DNA of 60,885 nt. Source: an uncultured Eubacterium sp. (lineage in GTDB: Bacteria > Bacillota > Clostridia > Lachnospirales > CAG-274). The position numbers were made by a program, and so were the translations under genes. Location of the stretch: contig UQRG01000001.1 of assembly GCA_900543365.1 (NCBI GenBank), positions 1 to 60,885 of the forward strand, given 5' to 3'. Below, piece after piece: positions 9,765 to 18,603 of this stretch (its first letter is position 1; each line of letters starts with the position of its first letter). Below the pieces are notes generated by a model, which was not told the DNA's origin, ran no database searches, and saw only the letters and a list, made by a program, of their open reading frames with translations.

Positions 9765-11003
9765 TTATTCCTCCCACTTCTTTAAACAAAGTACACCATT
9801 GTGACCACCAAAGCCTAAAGTATTAGATAAAGCATACTTAACATCTCTTTCAACAGCTTTATTTACAGTATAGTTAAGGTCACATTCTTCATCAGGAACC
9901 TGATAATTAATTGTTGGAGGAACAACTCCATTCTTTAAAGCAAGAATTGTGGCAATAGCCTCAACACCACCAGTTGCACCTAAAAGATGACCTGTCATAG
10001 ACTTAGTTGAACTAATATTAATTTCTGTAGCATAATCACCAAAGGCTTTCTTAATAGCAAGAGTTTCAGAGGCATCATTAATATGAGTTGAAGTACCGTG
10101 AGCATTAATATAACCGACTTCAGTTTTTTCAATACCAGCCTCAGCCATAGCAGCCTCCATCGCCTTTGCAGCACCATCGCCATCAAGTAAAGGAGAAGTA
10201 ATATGATAAGCATCGCAAGTTGAGCCATAACCAACAACTTCTGCTAAAATTTCAGCTCCTCTTGCTTGAGCAGATTCAAGAGATTCCATAAATAAAATAC
10301 CAGCACCCTCACCCATAACAAAGCCACCTCTTTCCTTATCAAAAGGAATAGATGCTCTTGATGGGTCTTCACTTGTAGAAAGTGCCTTTAAAGCAGCAAA
10401 ACCACCAATACCCAACTTACAAATAGATGCCTCAGAACCACCAGCAAGTATATAATCACTGTAACCGTGCTTAATACTTCTAAATGCCTCACCAATAGAA
10501 TGAGTAGCAGTTGCACAAGCAGTTACAATATCAAGGCAAGTACCTCTTGCACCAAATCTAATAGCAACATTACCAGCAGCCATATTAGAAATAGCCATAG
10601 GAATAAACAAAGGTGCAATTCTTGACATACCCTTTGTAGCAAGTTTAGTTGCCTGTTCTTCTATGGTACAAAGACCACCAATACCAGAACCAATAACAAC
10701 ACCAAACTTATGTTTATCAATAGTATCTAAATTAATGCCAGACATTTTAACAGCCTCATCAGCAGCAGCCATAGCATAAATACTAAATAAATCAGTTCTC
10801 TTAACTTCCTTTTTATCTACAACAGTTGTTGGGTCAAAATTCTTAACCTCACCAGCACACTTAACCTTGCTATCTGTTGTATCAAAACGAGTGATTAAAC
10901 CAATACCATTTTTACCATTCTTTAAGCCGTCCCAAAAATCATTAGTATTATTACCAATAGGAGTAACAGCACCAATACCCGTAACAACAACTCTTCTTTC
11001 CAT
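9765..11003 (-). CDS. fabF: 3-oxoacyl-ACP synthase II
   Basis: Active-site region '[15 protein letters not shown]', '[14 protein letters not shown]', '[15 protein letters not shown]', 'GFGGHNG'. Confidence 0.95.
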   Translation of the reverse strand: MERRVVVTGIGAVTPIGNNTNDFWDGLKNGKNGIGLITRFDTTDSKVKCAGEVKNFDPTTVVDKKEVKRTDLFSIYAMAAADEAVKMSGINLDTIDKHKFGVVIGSGIGGLCTIEEQATKLATKGMSRIAPLFIPMAISNMAAGNVAIRFGARGTCLDIVTACATATHSIGEAFRSIKHGYSDYILAGGSEASICKLGIGGFAALKALSTSEDPSRASIPFDKERGGFVMGEGAGILFMESLESAQARGAEILAEVVGYGSTCDAYHITSPLLDGDGAAKAMEAAMAEAGIEKTEVGYINAHGTSTHINDASETLAIKKAFGDYATEINISSTKSMTGHLLGATGGVEAIATILALKNGVVPPTINYQVPDEECDLNYTVNKAVERDVKYALSNTLGFGGHNGVLCLKKWEE

Positions 11004-11024
11004 TAAATATAATCCTCCTTAATA

Positions 11025-11756
11025 CTATCTACCTATTACCATACCACCGTCAACAGTAATTACCTGACCAGTAATATACTTAGACTTAGCAAGGAAAAGT
11101 GCAGTTTCTGCAATTTCCTCAGGCTGACCAAATCTCTTTAAAGGAATTCCCTCTAATATCTGTTCTTTAACCTTATCTGAAAGAACTTCTGTCATATCTG
11201 TTGCAATCATACCTGGTGCAATAGCATTACAAGTAATATTTCTAGCTGCAAGTTCCTTAGCCACACTATAAGTCATACCTAGCACACCAGCCTTACTAGC
11301 TGCATAATTAACCTGACCAATGTTACCCGCAAGACCAATAACACTTGACATATTAATAATAGCACCACTTCTCTGCTTCATCATAATTTTGTTTACTGCT
11401 TTCATCATATTAAAGCAACCCTTTAAATTAGTGTTAATAACAGCATCAAAATCTTCTTCTTTCATTCTCATAAGGAGAGTATCTCTTGTAATACCTGCAT
11501 TATTAACAAGCACATCAACACCACCAAATTCAGCAATAGCCTCATCAACTAACTTTTGAGCCTCATCAGTAGTGCTTACATCAGCTTGTACAGTAAGGCA
11601 CTTAACACCCATAGCCTCAATTTCATTTTTAACTTCTTCTGGAGATGTGCTTCTATAGTTTAAAACAATATTAGCACCTTCTGATGCAAACTTAAGAGCA
11701 ATAGCCTTGCCAATACCCTTAGCACCACCTGTAACAATAACAGTCTTATCTTTCAT
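11025..11756 (-). CDS. fabG: 3-oxoacyl-ACP reductase
   Basis: SDR motifs 'VTGGAKGIGKAIA', 'NNAGI', 'YAASKAGVLG'. It abuts the fabD stop directly. Confidence 0.95.
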   Translation of the reverse strand: MKDKTVIVTGGAKGIGKAIALKFASEGANIVLNYRSTSPEEVKNEIEAMGVKCLTVQADVSTTDEAQKLVDEAIAEFGGVDVLVNNAGITRDTLLMRMKEEDFDAVINTNLKGCFNMMKAVNKIMMKQRSGAIINMSSVIGLAGNIGQVNYAASKAGVLGMTYSVAKELAARNITCNAIAPGMIATDMTEVLSDKVKEQILEGIPLKRFGQPEEIAETALFLAKSKYITGQVITVDGGMVIGR

Positions 11757-12698
11757 TTATAAACCCAACCCTTCTACTGTTTTTTCAAGAGTCTTTAAAT
11801 CCTCTACATTATAAATAGATACATCAGCACCAACTTCCTTTGCAGCCTTTTTAACAAAACTAGACAAGGTCTTACCTGGACCCATTTCTACAAATGTGTC
11901 TACACCAAGTTCAATCATTTTCTTAACAGACTGTTCCCACTTAACAGGATTCATAACCTGTTTTGTAAGAATGTCAACAATCTGACTCTTATCCTCAACA
12001 ACTTCTGCAGTTAAGTTAGTAATGACAGGAATATTCATATCATTTAACTTAATTTTATTAAGTTCTTCATTTAACTTAATTGCAGCCGGTTCTAAAAGTG
12101 AAGTATGGAAAGGACCACTTACATTAAGCATAACAGCTCTTTTAGCACCCTTTTCCTTAACAAGTTCAGCAGCCTTTTCAACAGCCTCCTTATCACCAGC
12201 AATAACAATCTGACCCGGAGCATTGTAATTAGCTATCATACATCTTCCAATTTCAGCTACCTCATTACAAGCCTCCTGAATTTTGTCAGCATCAAGATTT
12301 AACACTGCACACATAGCCCCTTGACCCTTTGGTACAGCCTCAGTCATAAACTTGCCTCTTTTTCTTACAAGTTTAACAGCCTCTTCAAAGTCCATTGTAC
12401 CACTTGCAACATTAGCGGAATATTCGCCTAAGCTAAGACCAGCAACATAGTCAGCATTTAAGCCCTTTTCTTCCATTATCTTGTACACAGCATAACTAAT
12501 TGTAAGTAAAGCAGGCTGAGTATACTCAGTTTCATTTAATCTTTCATCATCACCAAAGCATAAATCTGTAAGCTTAAAGTCAAGCACAGAATCTGCCTTA
12601 TTAAATACTTCCTTTGCACACGCAAAATTGTCATAAAGCTCCTTACCCATACCAGAATACTGAGCACCCTGACCACTAAATATAAAAGCTGTTTTCAT
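11757..12698 (-). CDS. fabD: Malonyl-CoA:ACP transacylase
   Basis: 'FSGQGAQYSGMG', active-site 'GLSLGEYSA', 'VSGPFHTSLL'. Confidence 0.95.
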   Translation of the reverse strand: MKTAFIFSGQGAQYSGMGKELYDNFACAKEVFNKADSVLDFKLTDLCFGDDERLNETEYTQPALLTISYAVYKIMEEKGLNADYVAGLSLGEYSANVASGTMDFEEAVKLVRKRGKFMTEAVPKGQGAMCAVLNLDADKIQEACNEVAEIGRCMIANYNAPGQIVIAGDKEAVEKAAELVKEKGAKRAVMLNVSGPFHTSLLEPAAIKLNEELNKIKLNDMNIPVITNLTAEVVEDKSQIVDILTKQVMNPVKWEQSVKKMIELGVDTFVEMGPGKTLSSFVKKAAKEVGADVSIYNVEDLKTLEKTVEGLGL

Positions 12699-12708
12699 TT
12701 TAATCTCC

Positions 12709-13644
12709 TTATTTTACAAGCTCGTCAAACTGATCCATAATTTCTTCAATAATTTCCTTACAAGACTGTTCCTTATTTACCATACCTGCAATCTGACCAC
12801 TCATAACAGAACCATTGTCAACATCACCAAGCTTAACAGACTTCTGTAATGCACCTGTACCAAGCTGGTCAAATCTAGCCATATCAGGCTCGTCCTTACC
12901 CATTTCTTCCTTTTCTGCCTTTAAAAAAGCATTAGCAAGCTTATTCTTAATTACTCTAACCGGGTGACCAGTTATATTACCAGTAATAACTGTAGCAATA
13001 TCATTAGCCTTTATAATCTTAGCCTTATAATTTTCGTGAACAGTACATTCGTTAGCTACAAGGAAACGAGTACCAATTTGAACACCTTCTGCACCAAGCA
13101 TAAAGCCGGCAGCCATACCTCTACCATCAGCAATACCACCTGCTGCAAGTACAGGAATATTAATAGCATCTACAACCTGAGGAACTAAAGCCATAGTAGT
13201 AAGTTTACCAATGTGACCACCAGACTCCATACCTTCAGCAATAACAGCACTAGCACCAATCTTTTCCATTTTCTTAGCTTGAGCTACAGATGGAACAACT
13301 GGAATAAGGCAAATATTATGTTCCTTAAACTTGTCCATAAACTTAGAGGGATTACCAGCACCAGTAGTAACTACCTTAACACCTTCCTGACATACAAGGT
13401 CAACAATATCATCAACAAAAGGTGATAAAAGCATAATATTTACACCAAAAGGCTTGTCTGTAAGTTCCTTACATTTTCTAATTTCTTCTCTAACAACATC
13501 TGCTGGAGCATTACCTGCTGCAATAATTCCTAAACCACCTGCATTAGAAACAGCTGAAGCAAGACTTGCATCAGCAATCCAAGCCATAGCACCCTGAAAA
13601 ATAGGGTATTTAATACCTAACATATCACAAATTCTAGTTCTCAT
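12709..13644 (-). CDS. fabK: Enoyl-ACP reductase II (FMN, nitronate-monooxygenase fold)
   Basis: 'IKYPIFQGAMAWIA', 'AAGGIADGRG'. The track start 13653 is GTG. ATG 13644 follows AAGGTG by about 6 nt and gives the usual 'MRTRI..LG' FabK N-terminus. Confidence 0.9.
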   Translation of the reverse strand: MRTRICDMLGIKYPIFQGAMAWIADASLASAVSNAGGLGIIAAGNAPADVVREEIRKCKELTDKPFGVNIMLLSPFVDDIVDLVCQEGVKVVTTGAGNPSKFMDKFKEHNICLIPVVPSVAQAKKMEKIGASAVIAEGMESGGHIGKLTTMALVPQVVDAINIPVLAAGGIADGRGMAAGFMLGAEGVQIGTRFLVANECTVHENYKAKIIKANDIATVITGNITGHPVRVIKNKLANAFLKAEKEEMGKDEPDMARFDQLGTGALQKSVKLGDVDNGSVMSGQIAGMVNKEQSCKEIIEEIMDQFDELVK

Positions 13645-13690
13645 TAATTTCACCTTTTATATCCTTTCACTCTTTATATTCATATAAAAA

Positions 13691-14662
13691 TTACCATTCA
13701 ATAAGCATACTGCCCCAAGTAAGACCAGCACCAAAACCTGAAATAATAATTTTATCACCATTTTCAAGCATACCCTTAGCTGACATTTCACCAAGAGCAA
13801 TAGCCACACTTGCTGCCGAAGTATTACCATACTCATTAATATTCAAATAAAACTTTTCAATAGGCACATTTAACTTTCTGGCAACTATATCAATAATTCT
13901 TGAATTAGCTTGATGAGGTACTATGTACTTAATATCATCAATACTTAAACCACTTTTTTCTAAAACATTATTTATACTTTGAGGGACAACCTTTGTTGCA
14001 AAATTAAATATAGCCTTTCCGTCCATTTGAAGATATTTGCTATTTTCTCTGTCTGGCTTATACAACATATTTTCTGGTTGCTTTTCATTCGCTGTTAACT
14101 TAAGTCCGTCTTGACCTTTAGCGTGTAAATCTTCACAAAGTATACCACCATTTTTTCTAGGCTCAAGTATAGCACCTCCGGCACCATCACCAAAAAGTAC
14201 ACAACTAGCTCTGTCACTCCAATCAACAATCTTTGATAAAGTTTCAGCACCTAATACAAGTGCCTTTTTATAATTGCCAGACTTTATAAATTTGTCTGCT
14301 ATACTTAAAGCATACACAAAGCCACTACAAGCAGCACTTATGTCAAAAGCAAAAGCATTAGTCGCACCTATTGCGCCTTGAACAAGACAAGCTGTACTAG
14401 GTGTAGCATAGTCAGGAGTAATTGTACCCACAACAATAAGGTCAATATCAAGAGGGTCAATGCCTGATTTTTTAATAAGTTTTTCAGCTACATTGATACA
14501 AAGCTCAGATGTATTTTCACCTTGTGATAAATGTCTTTGCTTAATTCCTGTACGAGAATATATCCATTCATCATTTGTGTCCACAATTTTGCTCAAGTCA
14601 TCATTTGTAACCACACCAGACGGCACATAAAAATCAGCAGCCGCAATACCAGTATTTAACAT
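13691..14662 (-). CDS. fabH: 3-oxoacyl-ACP synthase III
   Basis: 'ISAACSGFVYAL', 'VPHQANSRII', 'GNTSAASV', 'GFGAGLTWG'. Two ATG candidates (14677, 14662). 14662 is preceded by GAAGGAG at ideal spacing. Confidence 0.93.
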   Translation of the reverse strand: MLNTGIAAADFYVPSGVVTNDDLSKIVDTNDEWIYSRTGIKQRHLSQGENTSELCINVAEKLIKKSGIDPLDIDLIVVGTITPDYATPSTACLVQGAIGATNAFAFDISAACSGFVYALSIADKFIKSGNYKKALVLGAETLSKIVDWSDRASCVLFGDGAGGAILEPRKNGGILCEDLHAKGQDGLKLTANEKQPENMLYKPDRENSKYLQMDGKAIFNFATKVVPQSINNVLEKSGLSIDDIKYIVPHQANSRIIDIVARKLNVPIEKFYLNINEYGNTSAASVAIALGEMSAKGMLENGDKIIISGFGAGLTWGSMLIEW

Positions 14663-14680
14663 AATTTTCTCCTTCATCTT

Positions 14681-15127
14681 TTAAATTGGTTTACCTTTTT
14701 TAAGGAACTGATTAAGACTTGAAAGTGCCTCTATAAACATATTTGCCTCATAGTCAGACAAATCCACAACAAGAGACTTAACCAACTCAAAATGAAATCT
14801 CTGATGAGTTTTATAAAGTTCTTTACCCTTTTCAGTAAGACTAAGCATAAAAACTCTTTTATCAAGTTCATTTCTAACTTTGTTGACATAGCCTTTTTTT
14901 ACTAAATGATTAATAGCTACAGTCAAAGTTCCCATAGTTATATCAAGCTTTTCTGCAACAGCAGACATAGTTTTAGGCAGATAGATACCAATAGCATCTA
15001 CAGTATGTGCCTCATTTACAGACACATCTGCAAATCCCTCAGACTTGATAGCCGTCTGCTCACTTCTTGACATATCGTTAAAGGCACCACTTATAAGTCT
15101 GTTCAAAGTAACTATTGTACTTTCCAT
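14681..15127 (-). CDS. MarR-family transcriptional regulator, FabT-like by position
   Basis: 148 aa with a winged HTH 'TMSAVAEKLDITMGTLTVAINHLVKKGYVNKVRNELDKRVFMLSLTEKG'. It is the first gene of the fab cluster, with a palindromic operator directly upstream. Confidence 0.8.
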   Translation of the reverse strand: MESTIVTLNRLISGAFNDMSRSEQTAIKSEGFADVSVNEAHTVDAIGIYLPKTMSAVAEKLDITMGTLTVAINHLVKKGYVNKVRNELDKRVFMLSLTEKGKELYKTHQRFHFELVKSLVVDLSDYEANMFIEALSSLNQFLKKGKPI

Positions 15128-15149
15128 AAGACAATGCCTCCCTAATTAT

Positions 15150-15162
15150 TTTGATAATCAAA
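15150..15162. promoter_or_regulatory. 13-bp perfect palindrome TTTGATAATCAAA, candidate FabT-type operator
   Basis: Read directly. It sits between the predicted -10 (15162-15167) and the GGGAGG RBS of the MarR gene. The core TTTGA...TCAAA resembles streptococcal FabT boxes as I recall them. Confidence 0.6.
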
Positions 15163-15190
15163 GTATATACTATTTAAGCCAAAAAGTCAA
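15162..15190 (-). promoter_or_regulatory. Sigma-A-type promoter of the fabT-like/fab operon
   Basis: Minus strand TTGACT (15190-15185), 17 nt, TATACT (15167-15162). Confidence 0.6.
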
Positions 15191-15222
15191 TATATTCTGA
15201 ACCTATAAGACCTATAAGTTGC

Positions 15223-15636
15223 CTAATCATTAATCATACTAAGGCACTTTTCATAAAATTCAGGCATAGCCTTTTTAATACTACAAGGCTTAAAGGCTGA
15301 ATTTACAAAGCAATGGTCACTTGAACCTATTACTCTAAGTTCTCCTGTTTTATCATCTACTATTTTATATGAAAAACTTAACTTTACTGGTGTAATACTC
15401 TTGACTTTAGTATGTATTTTTACAGTATCTCCATAACACGCTCCAGATTTATAAACAGCATTTATACCTAAAACAGGTATCATTACTCCCATTTTTTCCA
15501 TTTCACTATAACTATAACCCAGTTTCTCCATATAAAATATTCTAGCTTCTTCAAACCACCTAATATAATTTGAATGATGAACTATACCCATTCTGTCAGT
15601 TTCATAATACTGTACTTTTCTTATATAATCTTTCAT
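15223..15636 (-). CDS. Hotdog-fold acyl-CoA/acyl-ACP thioesterase (YbgC/4HBT family)
   Basis: 'YYETDRMGIVHHSNYIRWFEEAR' is the classic 4HBT N-terminal motif. 137 aa with a GGAG RBS. Confidence 0.85.
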   Translation of the reverse strand: MKDYIRKVQYYETDRMGIVHHSNYIRWFEEARIFYMEKLGYSYSEMEKMGVMIPVLGINAVYKSGACYGDTVKIHTKVKSITPVKLSFSYKIVDDKTGELRVIGSSDHCFVNSAFKPCSIKKAMPEFYEKCLSMIND

Positions 15637-15703
15637 ATACTCATCTCCATTAAATTGATTTATTAATTATATCATAATTTCACGAAAGTATCAAATCCAC
15701 CTA

Positions 15704-15732
15704 TTGACAACAGTTAAAACAAAGATTAAAAT
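15704..15732 (+). promoter_or_regulatory. Sigma-A-type promoter upstream of ftsQ/divIB
   Basis: TTGACA (15704-15709), 17 nt, TAAAAT (15727-15732). Confidence 0.55.
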
Positions 15733-15761
15733 AATTATATGTTGAAATAAGGAGAATTTAT

Positions 15762-16490
15762 ATGGAAAAAAGACACAAAAAAAAGAAATCTTCTGCAATA
15801 CCTATTGCATTTTGCTGTTTAGTTATAATGTCAATAATGATAACACTTTTTATGATGCCATTTTTTAGTATCAAAACTATAAATATTAGTGGAAATGAGT
15901 CATTAACAGTTGACCAAATCAAAAATTACTTAACCTTTAAAGAAGATGACAATATTTTCCTCTTTAGTAAAAGAAAATCTAGGAATAATATACTTAACAA
16001 CCATTTTGTTAAATCTATTGAAATTAATAGGGTTTTGCCATCAACAGTTAATGTAACAGTAAATGAATATAAGCTTAGAGGTTATGTACCATATTCTGGA
16101 AGTTATTTATTTATAGATGGAGATGGCAGAGTTTTAGATGTACAAAAGAAAATTACAAAGTCATTGCCAGTTGTTGAAGGTCTTAAATTCAACAATGTTA
16201 CAGTTGGTGAAATTTTGCAAGTAGATAATCCGTCAACATTTGAAACAATGGTTCACTTGTCTAAATTATTTGAAAAATATGAACTTTTATCAAATGTTAT
16301 AAGAGTTGATATGACAGATGTAACAGACATTCATTTATATACTGGTAGTGTAGATATTAAATTCGGCAGCTTTGATGATGCAAACAGAAAATTACTTATG
16401 CTTATAGAAGTTCTAAAAACATTTGATACAAGTGTTCCCGGTACTATAAATCTTACAGCAGACAAGGCTACATTTGAATATATGATGTAA
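15762..16490 (+). CDS. ftsQ: Cell-division protein FtsQ/DivIB (TM + POTRA)
   Basis: Basic N-terminus, one TM helix (IPIAFCCLVIMSIMITLFMMPFF), then a POTRA-like 'IKTINISGNESLTVDQIKNYL'. Located directly upstream of ftsZ. Confidence 0.85.
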   Translation: MEKRHKKKKSSAIPIAFCCLVIMSIMITLFMMPFFSIKTINISGNESLTVDQIKNYLTFKEDDNIFLFSKRKSRNNILNNHFVKSIEINRVLPSTVNVTVNEYKLRGYVPYSGSYLFIDGDGRVLDVQKKITKSLPVVEGLKFNNVTVGEILQVDNPSTFETMVHLSKLFEKYELLSNVIRVDMTDVTDIHLYTGSVDIKFGSFDDANRKLLMLIEVLKTFDTSVPGTINLTADKATFEYMM

Positions 16491-16566
16491 AAAAGTGTAA
16501 AAATTATATGAATTTTAACTTTTTTTAGGTAAAACATACAAAGTTAAAAAATATATTATTTTCCTC

Positions 16567-16595
16567 TTGAAATATGATATAAAAAAGGTTACAAT
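16567..16595 (+). promoter_or_regulatory. Sigma-A-type promoter upstream of ftsZ
   Basis: TTGAAA (16567-16572), 17 nt, TACAAT (16590-16595). Confidence 0.5.
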
Positions 16596-16675
16596 ATAAT
16601 ATAATTGATTTATTATGTGAAAATATGATTATTGATAAAATTTACTATGAATAGAGGATACATAGGAGGTATATT

Positions 16676-17806
16676 ATGATTGAAGTTCTCAATGAAATGA
16701 ACGATGTTGCCAAAATAGTGGTACTCGGTGTAGGCGGCGGTGGTTGTAATGCCGTAAATAGAATGTTAATATCTAACCCAGCTAATATTGATTTTATTGC
16801 AGTAAATACTGATGCTATAGCTCTTGATAATTCTATAGCAAAAAAGAAAATTAAAATTGGTGCTAAACTTACTAAAGGTTTAGGTGCTGGTGGCAGACCA
16901 GAAGTTGGCGAAAAGGCTGCTGAAGAAACTGCAGCTGAAATCTCTCAAGCTCTTGAGGGTGTTAATATGGTGTTTATTACTGCCGGTATGGGTGGTGGTA
17001 CTGGTACTGGTGCTGCTCCTATTGTTGCTAAACTTGCCAGAGAAATGGGTATTCTTACTGTTGGTGTTGTTACTAAGCCATTTAAATTTGAAGGACCTAA
17101 GAGAATGAAATATGCTCTTCAGGGTATTGAAAATTTAAAGGCTTATGTTGATACTTTACTTGTTATTCCTAATCAGAAGTTAATTGAAACTGCTGATAAG
17201 TCTACTACAATGCGTGAAGCTTTTGCTATGTCTGACAGTGTATTAGGTCAAGGTGTTACTGGTATTTCAGACCTTATTACTAAACCTGGTGAAATTAATG
17301 TTGACTTTGCCGATGTATGTACTGTTATTGCTAATCAAGGTCTTGCTCACTTTGGTATTGGTGAATCAGATGATATTCAAGAAGCTGCTAAGATGGCTAT
17401 TACATCTCCACTTCTTGAAACTGCTATTGACGGTGCTAAGAGTGTTATTGTAAACTTTACAAGTGGTCCAGACCTTAACCTTCTTGAAGCAAATGCTGCT
17501 GCCGAACTTATTTCTGAGGCTCTTGACCCAGAGGCAGAATTTATATTTGGTACTGTAGTTGATGAAACTATGGGAGATAAGGTAAAGGTTACTGTTATTG
17601 CAACAGGTCTTGTATCTGGTGACGAACCTAAAAAGGCAGAAAATCCAGTTGAACCTACCCCTGCTAAAACAACTGCTCAACCATCATACAGAACACAGAG
17701 TTTTTCAACATCAATGCGTAACACTGTTTCTGCTCCAACTAACACTGATGATGACGATACAGCAAGTGATTTAATAATTCCTACTTTTTTAAGAGGTAGA
17801 AACTAA
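16676..17806 (+). CDS. ftsZ: Cell-division GTPase FtsZ
   Basis: Tubulin signature '[10 protein letters not shown]', '[12 protein letters not shown]', disordered linker, and conserved C-terminal peptide 'DLIIPTFLR'. Confidence 0.97.
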   Translation: MIEVLNEMNDVAKIVVLGVGGGGCNAVNRMLISNPANIDFIAVNTDAIALDNSIAKKKIKIGAKLTKGLGAGGRPEVGEKAAEETAAEISQALEGVNMVFITAGMGGGTGTGAAPIVAKLAREMGILTVGVVTKPFKFEGPKRMKYALQGIENLKAYVDTLLVIPNQKLIETADKSTTMREAFAMSDSVLGQGVTGISDLITKPGEINVDFADVCTVIANQGLAHFGIGESDDIQEAAKMAITSPLLETAIDGAKSVIVNFTSGPDLNLLEANAAAELISEALDPEAEFIFGTVVDETMGDKVKVTVIATGLVSGDEPKKAENPVEPTPAKTTAQPSYRTQSFSTSMRNTVSAPTNTDDDDTASDLIIPTFLRGRN

Positions 17807-17828
17807 GGTTTAAAATATAAACCAATTA

Positions 17829-17856
17829 GGGCTTTTGCTTTCGCAAAAGCCCTTTT
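17829..17856 (+). terminator. Rho-independent terminator after ftsZ
   Basis: Perfect stem GGGCTTTTGC / GCAAAAGCCC with loop TTTC, followed by TTTT. Confidence 0.85.
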
Positions 17857-17880
17857 AAAATCTTTAATTGGAGGTATACT

Positions 17881-18546
17881 ATGTTCAGAACTAAACTTGC
17901 AGATAGAGAACTACCAGATTACACTAAAGGCGAAGAAATATTTAATATGGTAAGCCATATTGTAGGTGGTGCATTATCTGTAGTTGCTATGGTACTTTGC
18001 ATTATTGTAGCTGCTTTACATCACAACCCTTGGGGTATTGTTGCATCTTGCATTTATGGTGTAACAATGATTGCTCTTTACACTATGTCTAGTATTTATC
18101 ACGGATTACATAAAGGAACAGCTAAAAAAGTTTTTCAGATTATTGACCATTGTACAATTTATTTTATGATAGCTGGTTCATATATGCCAATTATATTCTG
18201 TAGCATTAGAGAACAAAGTGTAGCTGTATGCTGGATTATATTTGGTATAGAATGGACACTTGTAGCAATCGCCACAACCCTTACAGCAATTGACCTTAAA
18301 AGCACAAAAAAAATGTCAATGGTTTGTTACATAGGAATGGGTTGGACAATTATTTTCTTCTACAAATATCTTGTAGCCGGTCTTGCACCTATGGGAATTG
18401 TATTTCTTGTGACAGGTGGTTTGCTATATACAATAGGTGCTATTATATATAGCTTTAAGAAAAAATATGCCCATAATGTTTTTCATATATTTGTTGTATT
18501 AGGAAGTGTCGCACACTTTTTTGCAATAATTTTTTATGTTCTTTAA
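17881..18546 (+). CDS. Hemolysin III / PAQR-family membrane protein
   Basis: 7-TM profile, 'SSIYHG', 'DHCTIYFMIAGSYMP', and C-terminal 'HNVFHIFVVLGSVAHF'. Confidence 0.88.
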   Translation: MFRTKLADRELPDYTKGEEIFNMVSHIVGGALSVVAMVLCIIVAALHHNPWGIVASCIYGVTMIALYTMSSIYHGLHKGTAKKVFQIIDHCTIYFMIAGSYMPIIFCSIREQSVAVCWIIFGIEWTLVAIATTLTAIDLKSTKKMSMVCYIGMGWTIIFFYKYLVAGLAPMGIVFLVTGGLLYTIGAIIYSFKKKYAHNVFHIFVVLGSVAHFFAIIFYVL

Positions 18547-18603
18547 TCTGTATAAATTTAATACAAATAACAAAAAATACTTCCATAAAAGGAGGTATTT
18601 TTT

